Assembly (NCBI GenBank): GCA_037447605.1
Contig: CM074808.1
Coordinates: forward strand, 1,178,001-1,242,000
DNA length: 64,000 nucleotides
Direction: 5' to 3'
Source of the DNA: Zygnema circumcarinatum SAG 698-1b
Taxonomy: Eukaryota; Plantae; Zygnematophyceae
Shown here: piece after piece, positions 35,126 through 46,694 of the stretch
Layout of the letters: each line of letters opens with the position of its first letter
Position numbering within the stretch: the stretch's first letter is position 1
Program-made: the position numbers and the translations under genes
Notes under the pieces: generated by a model
The model's input: only the letters and a program-made list of their open reading frames with translations
Told to the model about the DNA's origin: nothing
Databases searched by the model: none

Positions 35126-36063
35126 GGGTAGTGATATTTCCACCCCTTTTTTGGATCCAAACACGCCTTCCCGGCCGGGCAGATTTCAAAAGGGATTAAA
35201 AACAGAAAATGCTTTTTTCACACCTTTTTGGAATCGATACCCACCTTCTTCCGTCGGCTGATTTTATTTTTGCTAACCAAGGAAAATGATACCCCGTCAC
35301 CGCATTTTGAATACTGTATCCCGCCTCCCTGAATTTTTTTTTTGAGGGAAAGAAATATCTGCCTGCCCGAATCCGCTCGGAGCGGAAGATCCGTCCGCCA
35401 CGAGATCGTTCGCGGGTGTCCGTCCTTTACACGTGCGTGTCAATCGCAGCCCTCGCAGATCACACCACTGCAGATCACCGTTCGATCTGAAGCCGGGCTC
35501 GATCTTAGCGAATGGAAAGCGCCCACGATTCCCGTCAAAGCCAAATCGCACGTGCGAGTGCGCGCGTCCTTCGGCCCGAGATCTCGTCATTGTTAGCTCC
35601 CAGCCAATCAACATCTGCCACGTGTTACAATTTTGACGTGGAATATTTTGATTGGTCTAAGATCTCAATGTACGAAATATTGGGTTCCTCAAGTTGCGAC
35701 CGTACGACATTTGTACGGGCAAACGTTTGAGAGGACTTTGGCGGGATACGTGGGCGCGTGCCATGCGCTGTGACCGAGCCCGGCTGCCGATCAAATAGTG
35801 ATCTGCCGTGTTGCGATCTGCGAGGGAATCGACGGCTGCGATTGACCGCACGCGTGAAAAAAAATTCAGATAGGCGGGATTTTCAAAATGGGGTGACGGG
35901 TTATGATTTTCCTTGTTTCGCAGAAATAAAATCTGCCTATGGAGGGTGGTATCGATTCCAAAAAGGTGGGAAAAAAGCATTTTCCGTTTTTAATCCTTTT
36001 TGAAATCTGCCCGGCCGGGAAGGGGTGTTTGGATCCAAAAAAGGGGTGGAAATATCACTACCC
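35126..36063. mobile_element. Long-TIR foldback element, GGGTAGT family, complete
   Basis: Termini GGGTAGTGATATTTCCACCCC / GGGGTGGAAATATCACTACCC with arms of about 400 bp; 8-bp TSD AAAATATT at 35118-35125 and 36064-36071. Confidence 0.92.
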
Positions 36064-36183
36064 AAAATATTAGGGGGGGGTATGTTAACCGGATCCCTAG
36101 AATCGCACGGAACCAAGGTGGCAAAAACTGGAATGCACACGTGCGGCCTGACCTATTGATTTTTTGAGGCCATGTTTCTCAAT

Positions 36184-37727
36184 GGGTAGTATCATTTCCA
36201 CCCCTTTTTTGGATCAAAACAGCCCTTCCCGGCCGGGCAGATTTTAAAAAGGACGAAAAACGGGAAATGCTTTTTTCACTCCTTTTTGGAATCGATACAG
36301 ACCTTTTTCCGTGGGCAGATTGTATTTTTGCAAAACAAGGAAAATAATACCCCGTCAATCCATTTTGAATATCTCATTCCCCTGATTTTAAAATTTTCGT
36401 CCTGCCTGAATCCGTTCGCAGCGGAAAATCCGTCCGCTACGAGATCGTTCGCGGTTGTGCGTCCTTCACAAGTGCAGTGAATATCCGCCGTCGATTCTCT
36501 TGCAGATCGCACCACGGCAGATCACCGTTCGATCTGCAGCCGGGCTCGGTCCCAGCGAATGGCACGCGCCCACGTGGCCCGCCAAAGCCGGCTTAAAGTG
36601 GATCTTAAAGTACATAAGTTGTACGGTCGTAGCTTTGAAAGGCGAAATACCGTACATTGAGATACTGAGGGCCAGTTTCCATCCGCCCGTTATTCCGACG
36701 TGGCGTCGTAATGGACGACGACCCATGGGTTCCATCAGGCCGTTTCCACCAACGTGGCGCCGACGTGGCTGCCACGTGGTAACGAGGCCCCGTTCCCCAG
36801 GACGGTCCGAAAAAGGTGGTGTAACGCCATTACGACCATTCGCGTGCCGCCACGTGGCTACCAAAGATACGCCAGCGTGCGACTGCCACGTTGGCTGGAA
36901 GCCGTCAACGCTCGGTGACCGCCGGTCGTGGTCGCAGGTCGCAACAAACCTCCTCGCCTCCTGCAAACCCTAAAAAATTGTCGACGATGACGCGCGTACG
37001 GTAACCGCGGTGGGCCACGGCGGACGCTTCAAATCGTGCACGTGGCGATCGCTGATTGGAAAACGGCGTTTTGATGGAACTCGTCATTTTATCGGCAAAA
37101 CGACGTCCTACGTGGACCGTAATGAGCTCGTTACGAAACGGGCTGATGGAAACTGTCCCTAAACCAATAAAAAATTGCCACCTTTAGGAAACACGTGGCA
37201 GATGGTGATTGGCTGGCAGTTGAGAACGGCCAGTGGCCGCCAGACTGGCCGGTCCAGCTCATAATTTTGCGGAGATCTTGGGCCGAAGGACGCATGCACT
37301 CGCACGTGCGATACGGCTTGGCCGTGACACGTGGGCGCGTGTTATTCGCTGGGACCGAGGACGGCTGCAGATCGAACGGTGATCTGCAGTGGAGTGATCT
37401 GCGAGGGACTCGAAGATCCCTCCCTCGTGTAAAGGACGCACACCCGGGAACGATCTCGTAGCGGACAGATCTTCCGCTACGAGCGGATTTGGGCAGGCTG
37501 ATATTCTTTTCTATCAAAAAAAAATCAGGGGGACGAGATATTCAAAATGGGGTGACGGGGTATCATTTTCCTTGTTTTGCAAAACTAAAATCTGGCAGAC
37601 GGGTTAATGTCTGTATCGATTCCAAAAAGGAGTGAAAAAAGCATTTTCCGTTTTTTATCCTTTCTAAAGTCTGCCCGGCCGGGAAGGAGTGTTTTGATCC
37701 AAAAAAGGGGTGGAAATAACACTACCC
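36184..37727. mobile_element. Long-TIR foldback element, GGGTAGT family, complete, with a nested MITE
   Basis: Termini GGGTAGTATCATTTCCACCCC / GGGGTGGAAATAACACTACCC; 8-bp TSD TTCTCAAT at 36176-36183 and 37728-37735. Confidence 0.92.
36669..37159. mobile_element. 491-bp deletion derivative of the 22447-27683 Harbinger-like family
   Basis: The first ~280 bp match 22447-22730 and the last ~200 bp match 27478-27683, joined almost directly; flanks TGA / TAA. Confidence 0.87.
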
Positions 37728-38118
37728 TTCTCAATTTGTCAACCTGTTCGGTTTCACGGAATACGCCGCCTCGGATCTCGTGACCGCCCGCCGTACCGTA
37801 TGGTACAGTACCTCATCGTACCGTACGGTGAGATCCCTTTTCCGTAGGAGTCAGATCTCGATCATTGCGGGCGGGCACCGACGCAGTCCCTAGGCCGTCC
37901 GCACCAATGGGAAGCCGTTACTCCGCATGTTGTCACCGTGTGGAGGTCTGGTCCGCGTGGCAGTAAGGCATTGGGTATGGCTAAGCAGTGTCTACACGTG
38001 GCACCTCTCTATTGCGCGTCGACAAGGCCGCCTTGTCGGCGCGCCCCGCTGGCGGGGCGGATGAGCACATCTCTTGGCGCGTTTCGCCGCCCTCCGACAG
38101 TCCTACCCCTCTCTCCCA

Positions 38119-38184
<66 letters not shown>

Positions 38185-38669
38185 CTCTAGCTTCTCCCCC
38201 CCTGGCAGCGCGCCAATCAGAGAAGGCCGGAGACTCGTCGGACGTTACAGACCGCACGCCAACGGAGGCCTCCGCGGTTTAAAATCTCCACACTTTTTCA
38301 ACAGAAGCTTTACCGCCTCTAATCACCTGCAGGGCTTCTCTCCGCCCTCCTTCTGAGTTCCAGTAGAGGCGTAAGATTTTTATTCCTTTTTCCTTCATGA
38401 ATTCAAGCAATCTTATTTATAATTATTAAATCTTAACCTCTCATGTCCTTTCGCATTCTGGTTTATCTTAGCCATCTCGAGTAAAACTAACTCTGTAACA
38501 TGTGATTTTCCTCCCCCTCTCTTTCTCTCTCTATCTAATCCTCTCTCTCTCCATGTTGATCGCTCCCACCCCTATATCTTGATATAGCTGATTCCTGATT
38601 CGAACCCCACCTTTTTATGTAAAACCCTCCTGGAATGCCTTCATCTTGTATGCAATCATACAGGCCGCC

Positions 38670-40504
38670 ATGGCCGGATTCGACGAAGCTCCGTTGGATT
38701 GCGGCGCGGGAGGAGGCTCTGCGAGGGACGCTCTCAACTATCGCATAGGCGGCCTCTTTGGAATCTTCCTCGCGGGAATGTAAGGATAGCCACGATCCTT
38801 CCATTCAACCAGCTCTCTATTTTTTTCACTGCAGGCTATCAAGTGGGGAGCTGAGAAACGATGCTTCGTAAGGAAATGGCTTTGATTAATGCATGGAGGA
38901 GCTCCCTCTTAAATTTTTCATGTGTACAGCGTGGGTTTCATTCTGCCTGTACTCGCGCGGAACCGATTCAAACTCGTTTTCTTCCTGTTTCAAACGTTCG
39001 CAGCGGGCGTTGTTTTGGGGGTCGGCATTGTCCATGTCCTCCCGGGTAAGCATGCATCGCTGATCCGATCCCGGCTGAAGGTGAACTCGCAACTGAATGT
39101 TGAATTCACAGTTGCTCACAGGGAGAGGAAGAGCGGGAGAGAACGGGAGAGAACAAAGGTGCGTGTCCGAATATCGTCGTTTTAAATTTGTTGGCGAGTT
39201 CCTTGTTGACTATGTGTACAGAGGCAACAGACGTACTCCAAGATCCCTGTCTCGGTTTGTCAACTACATTTCCTTGGGCACCAGTAATTGCACTTTTCTC
39301 CGCCCTGCTTACGTTCATTTTCGAGCATTCGCTGCGCATGTTCATGGAGCGCCGTCTTCTACAAAAACATGAGAAGCAGCAAGTGGGCTTCGGAGGTGAA
39401 CGCCCGCCCTGTGAATGCACCGCATCGCTCTATTTTCTGCAAAAAAAAAGCGTTCACAAACATCTGCATGCATTGCAATGTGAAGGGGTGCACTAGTGAC
39501 CTGAACAATGGCAGCGCCCCTTCTCTCTCGAGTGTGGGTGTAGACGCGCAGGTTGCTGCAGCGGAGAACGGGTTAGTGGTGGGACATCACGGAGCGACGG
39601 TGATCGGAGAGGCAGAGTTGACAATGCAGAATCGGAGAGTGGTAGCATACACGCTGGAAGTCGGTATCGTCTTCCACTCCATATTCATCGGACTCTCTTT
39701 CGGAACTTCTCATGATGCCACCTTCGTGAAGGGCCTCGCCTTTGCTCTGCTTTTCCACCAGGTGCCGTTTTCTATCCTTGATAAGGATCACATTTGCCGA
39801 CTCACCTGTCTCTTAACACCTTGTCTCCGTCCTCCCCCTCCCCTTCCCCCTCCCCTCCCCCTCCCCTCCCCCTCCTCCTCGCCTTCCCCATTCCCCTCCC
39901 CTCCTCCTCCCCCTCCCCCTCCCCCTCCCCCTCCCCCTCCCCCTCCCCCTCCCCCTCCCCCTCCCCCTCCCCCTCCCCCTCCCCCTCCCCCTCCCCCTCC
40001 CCCTCCCCCTCCCCCTCCCCCTCCCCCTCCCCCTCCCCCTCCCCCTCCCCCTCCCTCCCCTCCCCCTCCCCCTCCCCCTCCCCCTCCCCCTCCCCCTCCC
40101 CCTCCCCTCCTAACCCAGCGGGGGTTATACAGGGCTTCGAAGGCATTGCCTTGGGCAGCGCCCTCTCGCGAGCGAACGTGGGAGTCGCGAAGCTTCTTCT
40201 GCTCGGCCTCGTGTTCGTGCTGACGTGTCCTCTGGGCGTGGCCGCCGGCATCGCCGCGGGGGCCTCGTACAACGGGCGGAGCGTCGCGGCGCTGGGGACG
40301 AGCGGGGGACTCGGGGCGGTCTCCGCGGGGGTCCTCCTCTACAACGGCTTCGGGGACCTCCTCCTGCCCGCCTTCCTCGACCGCGGGGACCACGGGGACC
40401 ACGGCGGGGACCGCGGGGACCGGAGCGATCTGGCCACCGTCCTCGGCTTCGTCAGCCTGCTCGCCGGCGCAGCGTGCATGAGCCTCATAGCCAAATGGGC
40501 GTAG
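38670..40504 (+). CDS. ZIP metal transporter, paralogue 2
   Basis: Exons 38670-38779, 38930-39045, 39222-about 39381, about 39486 or 39551-39761, and 40133-40504. Three intron positions and phases are shared with paralogue 1. Motifs [27 protein letters not shown] and MSLIAKWA. The loop intron borders are uncertain. Confidence 0.9.
39831..40110. repeat. (CCCCCT)n tract in the last ZIP2 intron
   Basis: Directly visible; the minus strand is (AGGGGG)n. Confidence 0.96.
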
Positions 40505-41554
40505 GGAGGGGAGGGACTTGCTCGTGCTGGTAGGTAGGGATTCATTATAGGATTTTTTGCAAAGCAAAAGTAGTGCAGGAGGTTTGTGCGCTTATTGGCG
40601 GTTAGGTAGATGGATAGGTAGATCCAGTCATTAAATGAAACTATTATTTGTAGTGAGAAAGTCGAAGGAGCCGCTAGAGAACGATGGGAATAAACTGAAA
40701 GGTGACTACATTGCTATGCCAGGTGAGGGTGTCTGCCAACTCATATCTATGAGATGTGGCAAGTGTCGCCACCGTGTCTTAAGTATGTACTTTCGTTCTT
40801 TGATGGGTTATTAACGGAAATAGAGTTCAGTTCGGATTCCGAGGTTGGGGGAAATTTCCTCTTCAGACTATGACGAGAGTCGCGAAATCAGCTGCATGTG
40901 CTGTGCGTGACGGCGCAAGCTCCATCCCCTCTACAAGGGACATCCCACAAAGCATGCCAATCTTCTGTCAAGCTCTGAGAAGGTGGCACCCAGCAAGCTG
41001 ATTGCTTTGAAAAAAAAGGGGCCCTTAAAACGTCGTCGAGCCACGAACATGAGCCGCTTTATCGCTCAACACACTGCCCTAAAATCCTCCGCGTCTTACA
41101 AAAGTAAAGAATTCAGACGTGTCGCAAATCAAGCGATCAACTTTCTCCCTTGACGGAAAGAGGCTGTGGCTGATTGCCACGACGTCAATGCTCTCTCTGT
41201 TTGCATAAGAATGCCATTGGCCGCCATGGAGTTGATGGTAAATTTATCGAAGTATTCTGCTTGGTCTCCGGTCGGTATCCCTTCTTCTCTTTTGCTTTCT
41301 TTTTGGCATTCGGACTTGTTCAGATGCGAATAATACACGTGTAATTACTTGCACGAGGCCGGCTCTCTCTCTCTGCGCAACGCGAGCCGAGCCGCATTGT
41401 ACCCCCTCGGCTCACGGTTCGTGGCAGCGCGGACTTCGCCCTGATTTGGCCCTCCCTCATGGACGGTGCTCGGCATTTTTTTTTTTTTTTTTTTTTTTTT
41501 GTTGTGTTGGCCGATCCGACCCCCAACGATTTATTGTCCGCACTATTGTTGTTG

Positions 41555-41880
41555 CGCAGCATGAAGGCGATGCGGCCCTTCGCAAGGAGCGCGCATGTGC
41601 GACCGTGACGTGACGCGACACGACATGACGTGGCCGACAAGTTTGTTCCTACGGCTGTTGCGATTTGTGGTCGCCTCTACGGCCGTTTGGGGCATCCTTC
41701 CTTGGGCAGTGCGCCCATCGATCGCTCCTTGGACATACGCGCACAGCCCCGCAAGGATCCTCGCTGCTTTGTATCGACAGCGCATGTCCGCCTTCCGCCC
41801 TTCAGCGGTGCCCTCATCCTCGCTTCTCCGCAATGTGCCGCACATAGGCGACCTTCGCGGCTGCTTCGAGGGAGGGCTGC
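41555..41880 (+). mobile_element. Degenerate 3' fragment of an RLE-type (CRE/ZEPP-like) non-LTR retrotransposon
   Basis: Frameshifted peptide HEGDAALRKERA...DKFVPTAVAICGRL...YRQRMSA..ALQR; homologous at DNA level to 54978-55200. Confidence 0.55.
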
Positions 41881-42511
41881 GTTGTTGAGCATAGCCGTAG
41901 ATTCCCACTCATAGCTTTTTTCTTGACCTTAGGTCCTTTGCGACCAGTTCTTCGTGGTTCCCCATGATGCTGATTTTGTCCATGTACACTTGATGGCATC
42001 GCCATCGTGAGATTGATGCCACATCTTTTACCCTGAATCATTTCCACAACTATCTGTCCACGCGCAGAGTACAAATGGAAAAGATCTGTCTCAAAATTTC
42101 ACGCATGCTAGTCAAATTATTTCCACCAGGCTGGTGGACAATGGAGGGCAGAAGAAGGGATCTGACTACCTAATCCGTGGATATAGATTTGAACTAATAT
42201 AGCATTTCCTGAATAAGCTTTGATCTCCGTAGAGAAAGCACGGGCATGGGTGTATGCCTAGCCTACAGATTATGCATAATCATCCGGCTACATGCCTATC
42301 AAGCTGCGGCGAGTTGCCGACTTCAGCTCGCCACTACCTTCACAACTCGGGCCGGATTCAGTGTGCTCTGTCAAATTCGACCCAGTCCGAGGAAGAACTT
42401 GACAGAGGGCCAATTGGTAACTACCCTCCGAAAGGAAATTGTAAGAAGTTAAAAAGCAGGGCTGGTTAGTTAGTTGGTTAGCTGGCTCTCCTGGTTAGCG
42501 GTAGAGCCTGA

Positions 42512-45500
42512 TCACGACGTGACGAACCGACGCACAGACTGTGCAATGGTGTTGAGGACACTCAGCACGTCGGTCATGTTCGCATTGAGAGCAGTTTCTT
42601 TTGTGCCCTCTCCGAGTGAAAGGTAGTACGTATGTCCGCTCGCTTCGGCCAAGTGATGGAAACACGCTTCCCAGTAGAGATTGGGCCGAATTTCAAAGAC
42701 GAAGCTGTTACGGGGCATGAAAAACATGTTGGTCATCGCAGCCCCGTGGCCTGCTACAAAAATCCGCGCTTGATTAAAGAGGTCCTTCGCTGAAGACAGA
42801 CACACAGCAGAACGAAGAGATCAGTTTCTCCCACATCATTCAAACATGTATCGCGGACACCCCACAATCCGCATGCGATCGAACGCAAATTCTAACCCTA
42901 ATTCAGACGCAGAGCAGAGAACTATGACCGATTGGGCATGTGAGTTCTCACCTTCTAAGATAGAGACGCTGCCGTCGAATATCTTCACCCTTTCCCTCCC
43001 GAACAATTCCACCATTGCGTTCTCGACCTCATCTGTCTGCACCAAACTTCGCCCACCATAGCGCTTTGCCAGCACAGCTATCCAGTCGGGGGCGAAGTTC
43101 TCGTCATTGTCCGTTTGAATGACCGCAGGCAAGCGCTCAGTCCAGTCCGAATTGAACATTGGAATGCCATCAGGGGGGAGGAGGAAATGGCTCCTCAAGT
43201 AGCGCCATTGGTTAGGGCTCGGCCGGCTACAAGGAGCATAGAACGGCTGCCAGGGCCAGAAGGCGGCGGCCAATCAGAACACGCTCAATCAAAACTGAAA
43301 TGAAACTGATTGGGTGAAATTGCAAAGGATGATGCTTTCAAATAAGTCCTTTGAAAGGGCGGCACCTGATAAACTATGTCCGCATATAGGAGCTCTGTGT
43401 CCAATATTGAGTGGATGTTGAGCTGGTCAGCGCGAATGCCGAGGAGGGTCAGACCGACACCCTCAAGGAAGACGTGCTGCCAAGCCAACCCCAAAAGCCA
43501 AAATGTCAATGACTATGCTGCTTGTTTAGTTTAGTCTATGCGTGGTGTCGGTAGCTGGAAAGGAGTGCTGATGCGCACTTGCCCAACAATCGAGTGATTG
43601 CGGAGGGTGCTCCACCATTAGAGGCAAATGCATCTTGTTAATGGCTGCTCATATCGATGCGTTGAGAGCGTTGATCAACTACAGACAGTATCGGTCATAT
43701 TCTGTTACTTCACCTGGCAATTGGACACAGCTTGTTAATCATTCGGTCATAAAATTTGCTATATTTTTCGGTGGGGAAACCCCTTTGAACAGACTCTGAT
43801 TTGAATGCATCTCATTTGTATGATACATGCTCCACGCTTCGCGCTGCATGCTTTAGACAGCTGAATGTTCGGCCCTACTGACTAAAACACCGCTGAAATA
43901 CTGCATAATATATTAAAATAAGACAAAGAAATCGCATATACAACTACGCGAACGTATTTGTACAAATTGACATACGTTGACAATGCAGCGAATATAGCAA
44001 TGAATTAACACATTGACTCCTAAACATGGACCCCTACGTTTGAAAACCAAAGAAGTAGTTAAATAAGGAAGTTCTATAGAATTGGAGACACGGGAATTAA
44101 AGTTCCAGTTACTTCCCCTGATATACACATTACTCGAAGCTGGTAGAAAGTTTCAAGATATACAGAGCATATTCACTTACTCCAATACGGACTTTGAAAG
44201 GCGAAGCTACGACCACACCCCAATAGCGCAGTCTGCTTATTCTGTTTCATAGCTACTCTCCATTCTCTCTATATGGTCCGCCTCTTGTTCCGTCACTCTC
44301 CCTCTCCCCCCCCCCCACAAAACCCCGTCGCCGTTTACTACTTTTCTTCTCTATTTTTTGTTCGTAAAAGGATTTTGACGCAATTCACACCCACCTGATC
44401 CTCCCTGTGAGCCACAGGGATGTTCGGATTGCGGCGAAGAATGTCCGACACAAGCAGGACAGCTGGCAATATCTCCACCACTCCGTGGTAGAAGGCGTGC
44501 GCATTCCAATGCGCCAAGTTGAGGACCTCCTTGAAATAGCGCACAGGAGTGTCTTCCGGATAAACATATTTCTGTCCTCCAAGCAGAGCTACAAATCAGA
44601 TGTCATCTTTCAGAAGCCCAGTACGGTCCAAGCCTAGGCTCGCGCTTTCCTGGCAGGGACGTTGATAAAGGGTACGGTTTCACGTAACAACTTAAGCATG
44701 CGGAAGGGAGGGGGAAGCTCAGGTGAAGCAATAGCGGAATTCAGACAGCCTAAATCTGCAACTTGGCAACAAGATTTAAGCTTTCAACTAATGAACCGTC
44801 GCAAGCGTCCCAATTGACGTGGGTGCGCAAAGCTCCCTACTCGCTGGTGAAATCAATTGAAACCAATTCAAAATCCTCCAGTTCATGTTTTGAAATAAGC
44901 CGCTAAATATCCAAGGACGAAGGCCGTGCAATGGATTTAAGCCAACAGATCTTGTAACGTATGACGAAGCAACAACCCAATGAAGGGCACAGGACGTATA
45001 CCTCACGGTCGTTAGCGCAACCCCCACGATCAAAATGAAATTCAGAGTTGAGCAGGTTTCCGCGCGAGTTAATGTACACTGATGGCACTGCAAACAGCTG
45101 CCCCCCTGTCTTCTCAAACTTGAAGTAGTCCTGCACGATTGAACAGCTCTTGTCGAACTCCGGAATAACTCCTCGCTCCTCCTGCGGCCTCAGCAGCGGA
45201 CAGTTCGCGGGAGCGAGTGCATCCAGAGACTCGTTATCAGATAGCTCCTCCCTCCAGGAGGCTTGGATCCAAGAGAAATTCCCGGGGCAGACCTCGAAGG
45301 CCGGCCAAGTCCCGCCCTTACAGTTTAGGGTTTCCATGCGCTCCGGATTGTCGTTGACCTTGAAGTAGTCCAGGTGCAGCGCCTTCAAATTCTCTCTCCT
45401 GATCTCCTTGCCAAGGACATCTCTCCTTAAGGGCCCTTCGCGATGATTTAAGCCCTCCAGCCTCCGCCTGCCGTCCCTCATCGAGAACGTAAACTTGCCG

Positions 45501-45661
45501 ACGTCGGAAGTCCAGCGATGCGATCGGTGCTCCTCGCGTTCCTGCAAGCTCCTCCTGTTGTGGGAGATCCAAGAGAAAGGCGAAATATCACGCCTTGCAG
45601 AGCTTGATTGCAGCCATAGCAGGCCGATAAGGACGAGGAGGCGCAGCGAGGCCGCCGCCAT
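42512..45661 (-). CDS. Glycosyltransferase family 61 (DUF563-type) protein, paralogue A
   Basis: Signal peptide or anchor MAAASLRLLVLIGLLWLQ. Exons 45661-45002, about 44580-44392, about 43500-43370, about 43265-42953 and about 42795-42512. GT61-type motifs FYHGVVEILP and FVAGHGAAMTNMFFMPRNSFVFEIRP. Some borders approximate. Confidence 0.82.
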
Positions 45662-45944
45662 GGCTCCCCGGCGAGGTCGGGAGAGGGTGCCGGGAGGGAG
45701 GGAGGGAGGGAGTGGCAGGAGTGGTCGCCGCCCTCCCACTGCAGCGCGGGCCCCCCAACGGCTCTCCGCGCCCGCCGCCGGTCCTCGCGGGCGGGCAGCA
45801 GGGCCGTACGGAATAGTCATCGTACGAGCATCATGTCACGTTACAGTGTACGGCACCAATCACGAGCCACCGACCACCCGGTGGCGGTACTGCTGGCGCG
45901 TCGGCGGTAGCTGATAGGACGACCATTTTTGTCGTTTTTTCGAG

Positions 45945-46048
45945 CATGACTGGCGCGCCGAGTCTGCCGACATGACTGGCGCGCCGAGTCTGCCGACATG
46001 ACTGGCGCGCCGAGTCTGCCGACATGACTGGCGCGCCGAGTCTGCCGA
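45945..46048. repeat. Four perfect copies of the 26-bp unit CATGACTGGCGCGCCGAGTCTGCCGA
   Basis: Directly visible, about 285 bp upstream of the GT61-A start codon. Confidence 0.97.
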
Positions 46049-46694
46049 CATAACCGGCGGCGCTGAGAGGGCCGTCCGTACACACACCACGGCCGTACAC
46101 GGTGCGGCCGTACATGGCACGGCCCGGTTTCAAAACTGCGGACCGCTGCGCCGGAAGCCTGTCGAGGAGCTCTGATTGGCTGGACGCACCTTTGCTGTGC
46201 GAGAAGGGTTGTGTCGTGGTGCCGCTAACGGAATTCCCTCCTCACTGCCACTACACTACAGCCAATGAGGAAGCACCGACCACCCAAGGGGGTGGTTCTA
46301 GCGCGGAGTCATCGTCACGCCGAATCGTATCGGCTAGGACTTGCGTTGTACAGACCACCGACCGTCGGATCGGCCAGCCATTGGTTGGAATAGTTTTTCG
46401 CCGTCCGATGGTCGCCAGCCAACCATTGGAGCAGTTGCCAATTTCCGGGTCACTTTGGTACAGCGCCAAACGGCACAACCACCACTTGACTGTCACCGGG
46501 GAAAAGGCTGAACGGCAACAGTTCACAACAAGCTCGACTTCAAGCCGCTTCATTACCATAAGAAGTGTGTGCTCGAGGCATCAGCTCAACAGAAGATGGG
46601 GCAGTCCTTCCTACAGCAATACCTCACGCACCCTAATTCGTGTTCCAGAGTCCTTACAAGTCGCCTGACATGGTCGTCCCTACACAGAATTAGT

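Larger units (their letters stand above)
34560..37890. mobile_element. Reverse-oriented copy of the 1850-9340 foldback repeat, expanded by nested insertions
   Basis: Three colinear homologous blocks (34560-34790, 36085-36180, 37736-37890). The stretch 34790-35125 resembles the MITE family at 55335-55804. Confidence 0.6.

Noticed and set aside
38008-38022. GCGTCGACAA as a zinc-deficiency response element upstream of ZIP2
   Set aside because: Two mismatches to RTGTCGACAY, and similar strings occur in nearby transposons.
39788-40272. Poly-Pro, poly-Gly and (GE)n ORFs
   Set aside because: Translations of the intronic (CCCCCT)n tract; GT-AG splicing restores the HQ|GFEG ZIP motif.
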